From NCBI GenBank assembly GCA_963796105.1, contig CAWCKJ010000010.1, forward strand, positions 110,653-174,652: 64,000 nt of DNA. The letters run 5' to 3'. Within the stretch, counting starts at the first letter, position 1. Each line of letters begins with the position of its first letter. Shown one piece after another: positions 1 to 10,696 of the stretch. A program made the translations under genes and the position numbers. Below the pieces are notes generated by a model, which was not told the origin of the DNA, searched no databases, and saw nothing but the letters and a program-made list of their open reading frames with translations. Origin of the DNA: a candidate division FCPU426 bacterium. GTDB lineage: Bacteria; Oederibacteriota; Muellerivitia; Muellerivitales; Muellerivitaceae.

Positions 1-62
1 TTTCATTAAGCGGGCGTTCATTTTCCAGTGTTTAAACCCATGGGCGCTCCATCCGCCTTTGC

Positions 63-92
63 TTGCAAATTAAAATGGCGTTCAGCTATGAT
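63..92 (+). promoter_or_regulatory. Putative sigma70 promoter of ftsH operon
   Basis: TTGCAA (63-68), 18 bp, TATGAT (87-92), upstream of AGGAG RBS. Confidence 0.5.
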
Positions 93-171
93 ACGAACCT
101 TGTTTATTCCCACCGCTTTTCTTAAGGTTATTGGACAACTTGGCCCTATTTCTTAGCTCAGGAGTATTCTT

Positions 172-2112
172 GTGAACCAAAATTTCAAAATATTCGCGGG
201 ATGGCTTTTGGTATTCGTGGTTGTCATGTATTTCCTGCAGCTGCCCAACCACCAGAAAAAGAGCGAGACTTGGGATTACTCGAAGTTCGTGACCCAGGTT
301 CAGACTGGGAAGGTGGATAAGGTAGAAATCCAGCAGGACGAGCGCGTTATCGCCGGAAAAACCAAGGACGCGGTCCCTGGCGACTTTACGACGGTTTATC
401 CCGATGACCCGAATTTAACCAAGCTTCTTTTGGAACAAAACGTGGCTTTCTCGGTAAGGGCCCCTGAGCATCCAACGAAGTTTTGGTCGATCCTCATCAA
501 CTTCGGCCCCATTCTCCTCCTTTTGGGATATTTCATTTTCATGATGCGCCAAGCCCAGGGGGGCGGCGGGGGAGCCATGGCTTTCGGGAAGAGCCGCGCG
601 CGATTGATGACCTCGGGACAGCAAAAAGTGACTTTCGCGGACGTGGCGGGCGTGGATGAGGCCAAGACGGAGCTGATGGAAGTTGTGGATTTCCTGAAGG
701 ATCCCAAGAAATACCAGCTTTTAGGCGGCAAGATCCCCAAGGGTGTCATCCTATTGGGGCCCCCCGGGACAGGCAAGACCCTGTTGGCCAAGGCCGTTGC
801 GGGCGAGGCGGGAGTGCCATTTTTCTCCATCTCCGGTTCGGACTTCGTGGAGATGTTCGTAGGCGTGGGAGCCGCCAGGGTACGGGACCTTTTTGAGCAG
901 GGGAAAAAACACGCGCCCTGCATCATCTTCATCGACGAGATCGACGCGGTCGGCCGCCAGCGCGGGGCCGGCTTGGGCGGGGGCCACGACGAGCGCGAGC
1001 AGACCTTGAACGCCATGCTGGTGGAGATGGACGGATTCAACACGAACACCGGCGTGATCTTGATCGCGGCCACCAACCGCATGGACGTCCTGGACCCGGC
1101 CCTCCTGAGGCCCGGGCGGTTTGACAGGCAGGTCGTGGTGGACAGGCCGGACCTGGGCGGACGCGAGGCCATATTGAGGGTCCACGCGAAAAACGTGAAA
1201 CTTTCCGACAAGGTGGACCTTTCGGTCATCTCCCGGAGGACGCCCGGCTTCACGGGGGCGGACCTGGCGAATCTCATCAACGAGGCCGCCCTGCTGGCGG
1301 CGCGCAGGAACAAGAAAAGCGTGGAGCTCTCCGAGCTCGAGGAATCCATCGACAGGGTCATGGCGGGTCCCGAGCGGCGAACCAGGATCATTTCCGACAA
1401 GGAAAAAAAGATCGTGGCCTACCACGAGTCGGGACACACCATCGTCGCGAAAAAGACCGACGGCACCAACCCGGTCCACAAGGTTTCCATCATTCCCCGG
1501 GGCCACGCGGCACTGGGTTATACACTCCAGGTCCCCACCGAGGACCGCTTCCTGGCTTCCCGGAAGGACCTCCTGGGGCAGATCACCACGCTCCTGGGAG
1601 GGCGCTCGGCCGAGGAGATTGTTTTCGGGGATATTACCACCGGCGCCGGAAACGATTTGGACCGCGCCACGGCCCTGGCCCACGCGATGGTCTGCGAGTA
1701 CGGCATGAGCGAGAAGCTCGGCTCCTTGACCCTGGGCCGGAAGGATGATTTCGTCTTCATCGGCCGGGACCTCATGAAGGAAAAGAACTATTCCGAGAGG
1801 ACCGCCCAGATCATCGACGACGAGGTCAAGAGAATCGTCGAGGACTGCCATGACAAGGCCCGCAAAATACTCATCAAGAACCGGAAGTTCCTGAAAATCA
1901 TGGCGGAAGCCCTTTTGGAGCGCGAGATCCTGGACGGGTCCGAGGTGGATGACATCCTGGCTGGGAAGAAGATCCCCCCCAAACCGATCGTCAAGACGCC
2001 CGTTTCCCCTTCCGAGCCCCCAGGTTCCGCCACGGCCGAATCCGCGCCCCCGGTAGCCTTGAAGCCACAAAGCGCCCCATCCCAGGCCGCGGAGGGGGGA
2101 CGGGTTGGATAA
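172..2112 (+). CDS. ftsH: ATP-dependent zinc metalloprotease FtsH
   Basis: Two TM segments, Walker A GPPGTGKT, Walker [20 protein letters not shown] (HESGH); GTG start after AGGAG. Confidence 0.98.
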   Translation: MNQNFKIFAGWLLVFVVVMYFLQLPNHQKKSETWDYSKFVTQVQTGKVDKVEIQQDERVIAGKTKDAVPGDFTTVYPDDPNLTKLLLEQNVAFSVRAPEHPTKFWSILINFGPILLLLGYFIFMMRQAQGGGGGAMAFGKSRARLMTSGQQKVTFADVAGVDEAKTELMEVVDFLKDPKKYQLLGGKIPKGVILLGPPGTGKTLLAKAVAGEAGVPFFSISGSDFVEMFVGVGAARVRDLFEQGKKHAPCIIFIDEIDAVGRQRGAGLGGGHDEREQTLNAMLVEMDGFNTNTGVILIAATNRMDVLDPALLRPGRFDRQVVVDRPDLGGREAILRVHAKNVKLSDKVDLSVISRRTPGFTGADLANLINEAALLAARRNKKSVELSELEESIDRVMAGPERRTRIISDKEKKIVAYHESGHTIVAKKTDGTNPVHKVSIIPRGHAALGYTLQVPTEDRFLASRKDLLGQITTLLGGRSAEEIVFGDITTGAGNDLDRATALAHAMVCEYGMSEKLGSLTLGRKDDFVFIGRDLMKEKNYSERTAQIIDDEVKRIVEDCHDKARKILIKNRKFLKIMAEALLEREILDGSEVDDILAGKKIPPKPIVKTPVSPSEPPGSATAESAPPVALKPQSAPSQAAEGGRVG

Positions 2113-2662
2113 AACCCGCATTGAGAAAGCGGTCCGGGAGATCATCATCGCCATCGGGGAAGACCCCGATCGCGAGGGCTTGCGGGAAACCCCCAAAAGG
2201 GTCGCGAAGATGTATGAGGAGGTTTTCTCCGGCCTGCAAGTCGACGCCAGGGACCTGATCACGACCTTCGAGACGGAAGGCCATGAGGAAATGGTCATCC
2301 TCAAGGACATCCCCTTTTATTCCATGTGCGAGCACCACCTTCTCCCCTTTTACGGCAAGGCCCATGTCGCTTATATCCCCCGCAAAGACCGCCTGGCGGG
2401 TCTTTCCAAACTCGCCAGGGTCGTGGAGACGGTGTCCCGGCGCCCCCAGCTCCAGGAAAGAATCACCACTAGGATCGCGGACATCCTGATGGGATCGTTG
2501 AAGGCTCATGGGGTTCTCGTCATCGTGGAAGCCGAGCATTTGTGCATGACCATGAGGGGGGTGAAAAAATCGGGTTCCCGCATGACCACCTCGGCGGTCC
2601 GCGGGGTTTTCACCAAGAGTGTGGCTACCCGCATGGAAGCCTTGAACCTTATCGGAAAGTAG
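2105..2662 (+). CDS. folE: GTP cyclohydrolase I
   Basis: [37 protein letters not shown]. Confidence 0.97.
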   Translation: MDKTRIEKAVREIIIAIGEDPDREGLRETPKRVAKMYEEVFSGLQVDARDLITTFETEGHEEMVILKDIPFYSMCEHHLLPFYGKAHVAYIPRKDRLAGLSKLARVVETVSRRPQLQERITTRIADILMGSLKAHGVLVIVEAEHLCMTMRGVKKSGSRMTTSAVRGVFTKSVATRMEALNLIGK

Positions 2663-2668
2663 GCGCCC

Positions 2669-3844
2669 ATGCCGCCCATTGGCAGGGTTTCCTTCAGGAT
2701 TCTCTATCCTGAGCAGTTTTTTCTTCCCAGCCTTCCTCCTTCTTCCGTTCCTTTGAATCTTTCGGCTGACTTTTTGAAAAAGGCTGACTTCGAAAAATTC
2801 GAGAAAAGCCTTCGAAATCTTTACCCCTCCCTGAAAATAACCGGAGTCCAGAAGAAATATTTCAACCTGTCCTGGTGGATGGATCGAGAAACCGCCCTGG
2901 TCTTGTCGGTTAAAATCAGATCTCAATTTCCGGAATTATTCATTCAAATTAAAAAGAGCATCGAGGGCTATTACCATTCCGGCCCTTGGTCCTTGATGGG
3001 GCCAGGGAAAAAGTTATTCCGATGGACGAACAGGACCCAGGTCATGGGTATCCTCAATGTCACGCCTGATTCTTTCTCCGACGGGGGCCTTTTTTCAAGC
3101 CCGGAGCGGGCCGTGGAGCGGGCGCTCCAAATGCAGGACGAGGGGGCCGATTGGCTCGATGTCGGAGGGGAATCCACCAGGCCAGGCGCCAAAGGGGTTG
3201 CGGCGTCGGACGAAAAAAAGAGGGTTTTGCCCGTCATCCGGGCCTGCGCCAAGGTCCTTCGAATTCCCATTTCCATTGATACTTACAAGTCGGAGGTGGC
3301 CAGAGCCGCGGTGGGCGAGGGCGCCAGGATGGTGAATGACATCGGGGCCTTGGGTTTGGACCCCAAAATGGCGAAAACATTGGCCCGATTGAAAGTACCT
3401 GTCATCCTGATGCATATGCGGGGAAAGCCCCGGGTCATGCAAAAAAATCCATTCTATGCGGATGTCATGGGGGAAATCCTGGCTTTTTTTCGGGAAAAAA
3501 TCGGGTTGGCCGTGGAAAGCGGAATTGAGGAAAGCCGTATTCTGATCGATCCTGGTTTCGGGTTCGGGAAATTACCCTGGCATAACATTGAAATCACCCG
3601 AAGGCTTTGGCAATTCAAGGTCTTGGGAAGGCCCCTGGTCTTCGGACCCTCCCGGAAATCGACCCTGGGCGTCCTTTTAAAAGAGAAATCCCCCGGTCAA
3701 AGGGAGGAGGGGACCGCGGCCGCCGTGACGGCGGGGATCCTGAAGGGGGCCGATTTTATTCGAGTTCATGATGTCAAAGCCATGGTTCGTGTGGTAAAAA
3801 TAGCCGATGCCATCCGATATGACAGGGGTCTCTTGAAGCCATGA
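2669..3844 (+). CDS. folP: Dihydropteroate synthase with ~120-aa N-terminal extension
   Basis: MGILNVTPDSFSDGG, GGESTRPGA, DPGFGFGK, SRKS, RVHDV; true start uncertain. Confidence 0.93.
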   Translation: MPPIGRVSFRILYPEQFFLPSLPPSSVPLNLSADFLKKADFEKFEKSLRNLYPSLKITGVQKKYFNLSWWMDRETALVLSVKIRSQFPELFIQIKKSIEGYYHSGPWSLMGPGKKLFRWTNRTQVMGILNVTPDSFSDGGLFSSPERAVERALQMQDEGADWLDVGGESTRPGAKGVAASDEKKRVLPVIRACAKVLRIPISIDTYKSEVARAAVGEGARMVNDIGALGLDPKMAKTLARLKVPVILMHMRGKPRVMQKNPFYADVMGEILAFFREKIGLAVESGIEESRILIDPGFGFGKLPWHNIEITRRLWQFKVLGRPLVFGPSRKSTLGVLLKEKSPGQREEGTAAAVTAGILKGADFIRVHDVKAMVRVVKIADAIRYDRGLLKP

Positions 3845-4608
3845 ATAACCTGATGACGCTCCTCTCCAATTTCCGCCTGATGGACGCCCTGGACATCCTG
3901 GTCGTGGCTTTCGTGACTTACCAGCTCCTGCTCCTGATCCGGGAGGTCCATGCCACCCGGATCGTCCTGGGTTTTTCTATCCTGTTTTTGGCCACGGCGG
4001 TGGCGAGCCAGTTCCACCTCCTGACCCTGGACTGGCTTTTGAGCAACTTGGGCCCCTTTTTCCTGATCGCCTTCGTGGTGGTTTTCCAGCCGGACTTGAG
4101 GCGCATCATTTCCCAAATCGGGAAGGGCGGGGGATTTTGGGGCGGCGTGTTCCAGGGGGACGCGCTTCTTTTCAAGGAGGTCACTATTGCTGTCAAGGAC
4201 CTGGTCAAAGCCAAGCGCGGGGCCTTGATCGTCTTGGAGAGGGACGACAGCCTTCAAAGCGTCCTGGACGCGGGAACCAAGATCGAGGCGGACGTCACCT
4301 CGGAACTGCTGGTCACCTTGTTCGTCTCCAACTCGCCCCTCCATGACGGGGCTGTCATCATCCGCGGGGGGAAAATCGCCTCCGCCGCCTGCATCCTCCC
4401 CTTGAGCCAGAATCCACATTTGAGTAAATCCTACGGGACGCGCCACAGGGCCGCCGTGGGAATCACCGAGGAGACGGACGCCTTGGCCATCTGTGTTTCC
4501 GAGGAGAACCACACGATTTCATTCGCCATGGCCGGCAAAATCACCCCAGAAATCGACGTGGACACGCTTGAGGAAATGCTGACCCTTTACGGAACGAAGG
4601 TTGATTGA
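3841..4608 (+). CDS. cdaA: Membrane-bound diadenylate cyclase CdaA/DacA
   Basis: 3 N-terminal TM helices; DAC motifs LHDGA and GTRHRAA. Confidence 0.95.
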   Translation: MNNLMTLLSNFRLMDALDILVVAFVTYQLLLLIREVHATRIVLGFSILFLATAVASQFHLLTLDWLLSNLGPFFLIAFVVVFQPDLRRIISQIGKGGGFWGGVFQGDALLFKEVTIAVKDLVKAKRGALIVLERDDSLQSVLDAGTKIEADVTSELLVTLFVSNSPLHDGAVIIRGGKIASAACILPLSQNPHLSKSYGTRHRAAVGITEETDALAICVSEENHTISFAMAGKITPEIDVDTLEEMLTLYGTKVD

Positions 4609-4654
4609 AATTGATGAGTTTTAAAAATAAAAGCATTTGCGGTTTATTTTAACT

Positions 4655-4808
4655 TGTCATTGCGAGCTGCGAATTTTGCGGCGAAGCAACCTAAGTTTAT
4701 GGGTGGTTTAAAGCTGTGGGTTTTGCCGAGGGCAAAATTCCTTGATTTAAACTGTGGTTGCTTCCTCGTCAACGCCCGCCTATTCGGCGGTCACTCGTCG
4801 CAATGACA
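4655..4808. repeat. Palindromic REP/RPE-like element TGTCATTGCGAG...CGCAATGACA, copy 1
   Basis: Terminal inverted repeat plus inner GAAGCAACC/GGTTGCTTC pair; homologous copy at 7199. Confidence 0.85.
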
Positions 4809-4888
4809 TCTAAGCAAAGCAAAACTAAAAATAGGTTGCTTTGTGCAAATTCAGGAAAGAGTAAAATTTAAAATTATCGGAGAAGAGC

Positions 4889-5263
4889 ATGAAGCGGTGG
4901 CTGTTTGAGAATCTCGGCATGAAACTTTTGGCGCTGTTCGTCGCTTTTTCCCTCTGGGCATACGTGGGTTCCCGCTTGATCCTGGAGAGAAAGATCACTT
5001 TGCATTTGGAACTCACCGACATTCCCTCGGGGTTGAAGGTGGATTCCAGCGTGAGAACGACAGTCCCGGTCGTCTTGATTGGGCGCAAGGAAACAGTGCT
5101 GGATGTCGATCCCGAGGATCTTTCGGCGGTGGTCAGCTTGAAAGGCTATACCACCCCCAAAAGGGAAATCTTGTTGAAGCCCCGGGTCCAGCCGCTTCCG
5201 GGAGGGGTTGACGCGTCCGTCAACAGCATCGCGGTAAGGCTCATCCCCATATCAAACAAATAG
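4889..5263 (+). CDS. Short CdaR/YbbR-like protein
   Basis: N-terminal ENLGMKLLALFVAFSLWAYV typical of YbbR; follows cdaA. Confidence 0.8.
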   Translation: MKRWLFENLGMKLLALFVAFSLWAYVGSRLILERKITLHLELTDIPSGLKVDSSVRTTVPVVLIGRKETVLDVDPEDLSAVVSLKGYTTPKREILLKPRVQPLPGGVDASVNSIAVRLIPISNK

Positions 5264-5272
5264 AGGTGAACC

Positions 5273-6016
5273 ATGGCCACTCTTTGCGTGAATATCGACC
5301 ACATCGCCACCCTCAGGCAGGCCCGGATGGAGGATGAACCGGACCCGGTCCAGGCCGCCAAGCTGGCGGAGAAGGCCGGAGCCATCGGCATCACGGTCCA
5401 CCTGCGGGAGGACCGCAGGCATATCCAGGATCGGGATGTTCGTCTCTTGCGCAAGATCGTCAAGACCAAGCTCAACCTGGAAATGGCCGCGACCTGGGAA
5501 ATGGTCAGGATCGCGCTGAAAATCAAGCCCGACCAGGTCACCCTCGTGCCGGAAAAGAGAAAAGAAGTGACCACCGAGGGAGGGCTGGACTTGAAAAGCT
5601 CCCCTGGGAGGTTCCAAGGCGTCATTGACAAGATACAGGGCGCGGGAATACCCGTCTCCCTTTTCATCAACCCCGATCCCAAGACCATCCTTCTTTCCTC
5701 CCGCATGGGCGCGGAGTATATCGAGATCCACACGGGCGCTTACAGCCAGGCCTGCCGGGGGAAGGGAAACATCAAGGAAACCTTCGTGGAAATCGCCGCC
5801 GGGGCGAAATTGGCGAAATCCTGGGGCCTGAAGGTGCACGCGGGCCATGGCTTGACTTATAATAATGTCATTCCGGTGGCAGCCCTTCCGGAGATTGAGG
5901 ATTTGAATATCGGCCATAACATCATCGCCAGGGCGGCCATGGTGGGAATGGAAAAAGCCGTCAAGGAAATGTCGCTTCTTTTGCGAAAAGCCCGGACCGG
6001 GAAAAGGAGAATCTAA
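5273..6016 (+). CDS. pdxJ: Pyridoxine 5'-phosphate synthase
   Basis: [41 protein letters not shown]. Confidence 0.97.
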   Translation: MATLCVNIDHIATLRQARMEDEPDPVQAAKLAEKAGAIGITVHLREDRRHIQDRDVRLLRKIVKTKLNLEMAATWEMVRIALKIKPDQVTLVPEKRKEVTTEGGLDLKSSPGRFQGVIDKIQGAGIPVSLFINPDPKTILLSSRMGAEYIEIHTGAYSQACRGKGNIKETFVEIAAGAKLAKSWGLKVHAGHGLTYNNVIPVAALPEIEDLNIGHNIIARAAMVGMEKAVKEMSLLLRKARTGKRRI

Positions 6017-6333
6017 TGGGAAAATTATTCTTTCTATTGTTGTTACTCGTCTTAGGCGGCGTGGGGTATTACCTTTGGACGACCATGGAAGCGGCTCCCC
6101 CGGAAGCGACGCTCCCGGGCTACGCCAATGCCCTGAGAAATGACGAGCATAGGGCCCAGGTGGCCGCCAGCGGCATGAACACGGAGAACGTCCAGGCCGC
6201 GGTTGAAAAATACAAGAACATGAAGGGGTCCCTCCCAGGCTCCCTTCAAGATCTGGTCCCGGATTATATCGACCACATTCCCGGAGGCCTCCAATACGAT
6301 TCCGCCACCGGCAAGGTTTCACCCGCCCAATAA
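6016..6333 (+). CDS. Membrane-anchored small protein, GspG/pseudopilin-like C-terminus
   Basis: N-terminal TM; YxxxxGxLPxSLxDLVPxYIxxIP; stop/start overlap with pdxJ. Confidence 0.65.
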   Translation: MGKLFFLLLLLVLGGVGYYLWTTMEAAPPEATLPGYANALRNDEHRAQVAASGMNTENVQAAVEKYKNMKGSLPGSLQDLVPDYIDHIPGGLQYDSATGKVSPAQ

Positions 6334-6546
6334 TCGGAAATTTAAGAATTAGGTTCTTATTTACCCCAGAGACCCAGAGGCTCAGCAAAGATAAATAAAA
6401 TCCGGAATATCTAATTCAAAAAGCCGCAAAACAACAACCCGACAATTACGATTAGTTCCAGCGATCATCAAAAGAACTTAAACAAGAATAACTTAGAAAG
6501 AAGATGGTTGGCCTTTTCTACTCCAACCCGGGAAGGATTAAACTAA

Positions 6547-6878
6547 GTGAATACATTATCAAATGTTTTACAAGCTATATTTTTAACAGGAGGAATTTTT
6601 GGGTTTTTTCTTTTTGGGGTTAACAAAAACGCCAAGTTCAAAAAAAATATTTTCCGTGGTGGATGACATTTTGCGCTGTTTTGTTTGTTTCAGCTGGTTT
6701 CGTAATGTTTCCAAATACAAAGATTTTTTATATATCGATTCCAATGGTTGGGCTTATTGGATTTCTTAATATTAAAATGACAAAATTTTGCGGTAAATGC
6801 GGGAGAACGATTATTAACCAAATGTTTTTCATGAGGAGTTATAAAATTTGCCCCTACTGCGGAGCAAAATTAAAGTAA
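6547..6878 (+). pseudogene. Small low-GC membrane protein with C-terminal zinc ribbon, frameshifted at A8 run (6640-6647)
   Basis: GTG 6547 frame joins ORF 6663-6878 if one A is added (NKNAKFKKKYFPWWMTFC); CGKC...CPYC. Confidence 0.6.
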
Positions 6879-6981
6879 TTTTGATTCAGCTTTAATTAGC
6901 GCAATATCACGATATTAACGGTTCTCAAATCATTGAATCCGGGGACAGTTTTATATTGTGACTAAAACTGTTGGTTTTTAA

Positions 6982-7008
6982 ATCCCATGTATCCCATGCA
7001 TCTGTGGC
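6982..7008. repeat. Right arm of GCCAC...GTGGC dispersed repeat
   Basis: ATCCCATGTATCCCATGCATCTGTGGC; related arms near 24252, 52193, 59361. Confidence 0.7.
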
Positions 7009-7198
7009 TAGAGACTATATTAGTTAGGTGTGTTTTGATTTGAAGCGGCATGAGTCTGTGGCGAAATTGTGAATATTATTAGAAGTTCTTAATGGTTTTT
7101 CTTGCTTGGGAGGGGACGCCCTGTTCCCTATCCGTAGAGTTTTCGGCTATAATTCCCACCTTTAACGGTCACCTATTAATTTAAGTAGTTAGTTTAGA

Positions 7199-7341
7199 TG
7201 TCATTGCGAGCTGCGAAATATGCAGCGAAGCAACCCCAGTTTATGGGTGGTTTTGCCGGGAAAATCTTCTGGTATTACTTAAACTTTGGTTGCTTCGTCA
7301 TAAACGCCCGCCTATTCGGTGAGCAGTTCCTCGCAATGACA
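7199..7341. repeat. Palindromic REP/RPE-like element, copy 2
   Basis: Homologous to 4655-4808 including AGTTTATGGGTGG and AACGCCCGCCTATTCGG. Confidence 0.85.
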
Positions 7342-7388
7342 GCTAAAACAAAAACCGAGATGATACATTAATCATTTACGAGGTTCCC

Positions 7389-10061
7389 ATGGGCGCGCCC
7401 ATTACTGGAAATGAGATTCGACAAGCCTACCTGGACTTCTTCAAGTCCAAGAGGCATAAGATCGTCACCTCATCTTCCCTGGTGCCTGAAAACGACCCGA
7501 CCCTGCTTTTGGCCAACGCGGGAATGAACCAATTCAAGCCCTATTTCCTGGGGATCGTGCCTTTTCCCCACGAGGTCCCTTACGCCGCCTCCTGCCAGAA
7601 ATGTTTCAGGACCGCCGACCTGGAGCGGGTCGGTTATACCGCCCGCCACCACACCTTCTTCGAGATGCTGGGCAATTTCTCCTTCGGGGGCTATTTCAAG
7701 AAGGAAGCCATCGAGTGGGGCTGGGAATTCGTGACGAAGGTCCTGCAAATCGAGAAGTCCCTCCTGTGGGTCTCGGTCTATGAGAAGGATGACGAGGCCA
7801 TTGAGTTGTGGAAGAAGATAGCGGGGCTTCCCCCGGAGCGGATCATCCGCATGGGAGAAGCCGACAATTTCTGGACGATGGGCCCCACCGGCCCCTGCGG
7901 TCCCTGTTCTGAAATCTACGTGGACCTGAGCCCGGAAAAGGGCCCGACGAAGGATTTCGCGGCTGATGCCGAGTCGGGCCGGTACCTTGAAATCTGGAAC
8001 CTGGTCTTCACCCAATTCGACCGGCAGGCGGACGGAACCCTTAAACCCCTTCCCAAACCCAACATCGACACAGGCATGGGCCTTGAACGTGTGGCAAGCA
8101 TCATGCAAAAGGTACCGTCCAACTACGAGACGGACCTGCTTTCCCCCCTGGTTTCCGCCATCGCCCAGGCCGGCAAGCTTCAAAATGTGGACCCGAAGTC
8201 GCAGACCTACACTTCGCTGAAGGTCATCAGCGACCATCTGAGGGCCACGGCGTTCCTTATCGCCGACGGGGTCCTTCCCTCCAACGAGGGCAGGGGCTAC
8301 GTGCTCCGCCGGATCTTGCGCCGGGCGGTGAGGCACGGGAAGCTTTTGGGCTTCGACAAGCCGTTCCTTTCCCCCCTGACGCTGGAAGTCGCCAAACTCA
8401 TGGGGGGTGTCTATCCGGAAGTGAGGGACCGCAAGGACCATATCGTCAATGTGGTCAAGGCCGAGGAGGAAAGGTTCTACGAGACCCTGGCCTCCGGGAC
8501 CGAGCGGTTGATGGAAAAGATCGAGAACCTCCTGAAAACGAAAGCCACCACCCTTTCGGGGGAAGAAGCCTTCATGCTTTATGACACCTACGGCTTCCCC
8601 TTGGATATCACCAAGGAAATCCTCAAGGAAAAGGGCCTTCATGTGGACGAGGCGGGGTTCCAGAAGTCCATGGAAGGCCAGAAGGAAAAGGCCCGCTCCG
8701 GCTGGAAGGGAAGCGGCGATTCGGCCCTTCCGCCCCTTTACAAGGAACTGGGGGCCAAAATACAGGCCACGATTTTCAAGGGCTACGAGAAGACCAAGGA
8801 CCTGTGCCAAATCGCCCAATTGGTGCGGGTGAAGGACAAGAAACATGAGGCGGTCGAAAGGCTGGAGGAAGGCGAATACGGTTTCGTGATCCTGAACCAG
8901 ACACCCTTCTACGCCGAAAAAGGCGGGCAGGTGGGGGACAAGGGCGTCCTACAGGGTTTCAATTCCGCCGAGGTGTCCTGGGCGGATGTCTTGGACACGC
9001 AAATGGTCACGGATGTCCTGGTGGGGCACTGGTGCTTCATGAAGAGGGGCAAGCTGGTCACGGGGCAGAAAGTGGAGGCGACAGTCGAGGAAAGCGAGCG
9101 GCGGTCCACCATGAGAAACCATACAGGGACCCATCTTTTACACGCGGCCTTGAGGCAGGTTCTGGGCACCCATGTGGGCCAAGCTGGAAGCTACGTGGGG
9201 CCGGACCGCCTGCGTTTCGACTTCACCCATTTCGAGGGCGTCAAACCAGAACAGCTCAAAAAGATCGAGACCATCGTCAACCAACGTATCCTGGATAATA
9301 TCGAGGTCACCAAACAGGAAATGTCCTTCAACGAGGCCAAGAAAAAAGGCGCAATGGCTTTCTTCAGCGAAAAATACGGCGAGCGGGTGAGAGTCATTGA
9401 TGTTCCGGGATTCTCCATTGAGCTGTGCGGCGGTACCCACGTGAACCGGACGGGTGACATTGGTTTGTTCAAGATCACCAGCGAGGCCTCGGTGGCCTCC
9501 GGCGTAAGGCGTATCGAAGCAGTGACAGGGGAAGGGTCCCTAGCGTTGGTAGGACAGGAGGAAGAAGTCCTCAAGGAACTCAGCCAGATCCTCAAGAGCT
9601 CAGATTCCGAGTTGAAGCCGAAACTTTTATCCCTCTTGGATGATATGAAATCCAAAGATAGGGAACTGGCGTCGCTGAAGTCCAAGCTGGCCGGAAGCCT
9701 GATCGAGACGGTTTTGGAAAGCCGGAAGGACGTGAAGGGCGTCGCCTTGCTGGTGGCCCGCACCGACGAGTTGGACCCGGAGGGCATGCGCCAGCTGATT
9801 GACAACCTCAAGGCCAAGCTGGGAAGCGGGGTCATTGTCCTAGGCAGTGGAAAACCCGCCCAAATCGCCTTTATAGCGGGGGTCACCAAGGATTTGACCG
9901 GGAAGGTCAAGGCCGGGGAAATCGTCAAGGAAGTGGCTAAAATCACGGGCGGAGGGGGCGGCGGAAGGCCGGACCTGGCCCAGGCGGGTGGCAAGGATGC
10001 CTCCAAGGTGGATGAGGCCCTCAAGTCTGTCCCGGCTATCCTGGAAAAGATGCTGTCTTGA
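7389..10061 (+). CDS. alaS: Alanine--tRNA ligase
   Basis: NAGMNQFK, HHTFFEMLGNFSFG, DTGMGLER, editing HTGTH and ELCGGTH, GGGGGRPDLAQAGG. Confidence 0.99.
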   Translation: MGAPITGNEIRQAYLDFFKSKRHKIVTSSSLVPENDPTLLLANAGMNQFKPYFLGIVPFPHEVPYAASCQKCFRTADLERVGYTARHHTFFEMLGNFSFGGYFKKEAIEWGWEFVTKVLQIEKSLLWVSVYEKDDEAIELWKKIAGLPPERIIRMGEADNFWTMGPTGPCGPCSEIYVDLSPEKGPTKDFAADAESGRYLEIWNLVFTQFDRQADGTLKPLPKPNIDTGMGLERVASIMQKVPSNYETDLLSPLVSAIAQAGKLQNVDPKSQTYTSLKVISDHLRATAFLIADGVLPSNEGRGYVLRRILRRAVRHGKLLGFDKPFLSPLTLEVAKLMGGVYPEVRDRKDHIVNVVKAEEERFYETLASGTERLMEKIENLLKTKATTLSGEEAFMLYDTYGFPLDITKEILKEKGLHVDEAGFQKSMEGQKEKARSGWKGSGDSALPPLYKELGAKIQATIFKGYEKTKDLCQIAQLVRVKDKKHEAVERLEEGEYGFVILNQTPFYAEKGGQVGDKGVLQGFNSAEVSWADVLDTQMVTDVLVGHWCFMKRGKLVTGQKVEATVEESERRSTMRNHTGTHLLHAALRQVLGTHVGQAGSYVGPDRLRFDFTHFEGVKPEQLKKIETIVNQRILDNIEVTKQEMSFNEAKKKGAMAFFSEKYGERVRVIDVPGFSIELCGGTHVNRTGDIGLFKITSEASVASGVRRIEAVTGEGSLALVGQEEEVLKELSQILKSSDSELKPKLLSLLDDMKSKDRELASLKSKLAGSLIETVLESRKDVKGVALLVARTDELDPEGMRQLIDNLKAKLGSGVIVLGSGKPAQIAFIAGVTKDLTGKVKAGEIVKEVAKITGGGGGGRPDLAQAGGKDASKVDEALKSVPAILEKMLS

Positions 10062-10492
10062 AAAGATGGCTGGCTCTCGACATGGGCCATGTTCGTATCG
10101 GCATGGCCTTATCCGATCCCTTGGGAATCACGGCCCAGCCCCTGGGCGTCATGAAATCAGCGGGAACCCAGAAAGACCTCATGGCCATCGGCCATTTGAT
10201 TAATAAGCGCGAGGTCACCCAAGTCATCGTCGGCCTGCCCCTCAACATGGACGGCACCGACAGCACGACCACCCAATGGGTCAGGAAATTCACCAAAAAA
10301 CTCAAATGGCGCCTGAACATTCCGGTTTATTTCCTGGATGAGCGCCTCACCAGCAAACAGGCCGAGCGGGCCATGATTGAGGGGAATGTCAGCAGGGGGG
10401 ACCGCAGGGGCAAGGTGGACAAGGTCGCCGCGGCCCTGTTGCTCCAATCCGCCCTGGAGGGCGCGCCCTTGGTGTCGGTTGATAAGGATTAG
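10058..10492 (+). CDS. ruvX: RuvX/YqgF pre-16S rRNA nuclease
   Basis: LALDMGHVRIGMALSD, VGLPLNMDG, DERLTS, DKVAAALLLQ; overlaps alaS stop. Confidence 0.95.
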   Translation: MKRWLALDMGHVRIGMALSDPLGITAQPLGVMKSAGTQKDLMAIGHLINKREVTQVIVGLPLNMDGTDSTTTQWVRKFTKKLKWRLNIPVYFLDERLTSKQAERAMIEGNVSRGDRRGKVDKVAAALLLQSALEGAPLVSVDKD

Positions 10493-10511
10493 CACAAACC
10501 ATTGATTTAGA

Positions 10512-10582
10512 CTTTTTCCCTCCAAAGGGCCTTTTTTGTAGTTGCCTAATAAATCCAATAATTAAAAAACTCCTTAACCGAT
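10512..10582. other. Conserved ~70-bp leader preceding satellite locus A
   Basis: CTTTTTCCCTC..GCCTTTTTTGTAG..AATAAATCC..TTAAAA..CCGAT aligns with 58421-58491. Confidence 0.75.
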
Positions 10583-10643
10583 ATCCGCCTTTACCCAGTC
10601 CGGATTCGGCCTTAATTTCCAGATTCCTCGCTTGGGATATCCC

Positions 10644-10694
10644 GCCCTGAGCCTGCCGAAGGGCCGGGAACCCCTCGACAAGCTCGGGGCAGGC
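10644..10694. repeat. REP-like inverted pair GCCCTGAGCCTGCCGAAGGG / CCCCTCGACAAGCTCGGGGC
   Basis: Imperfect inverted repeat of the widespread TCGACAAGCTCAG type. Confidence 0.7.
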
Positions 10695-10696
10695 TA

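Noticed and set aside
396..2310. Long antisense ORFs (also over alaS, SBP, msbA, pyrG and others)
   Set aside because: Shadow frames of GC-rich genes with no recognisable motifs.
7199..7341. T-box riboswitch upstream of alaS
   Set aside because: No full T-box motif or terminator, and the same element occurs between cdaA and cdaR.
10157..10558. Minus-strand ORF starting in the conserved leader with AAGGAG upstream
   Set aside because: Runs antisense through ruvX, and start and RBS are not conserved in the locus B leader.
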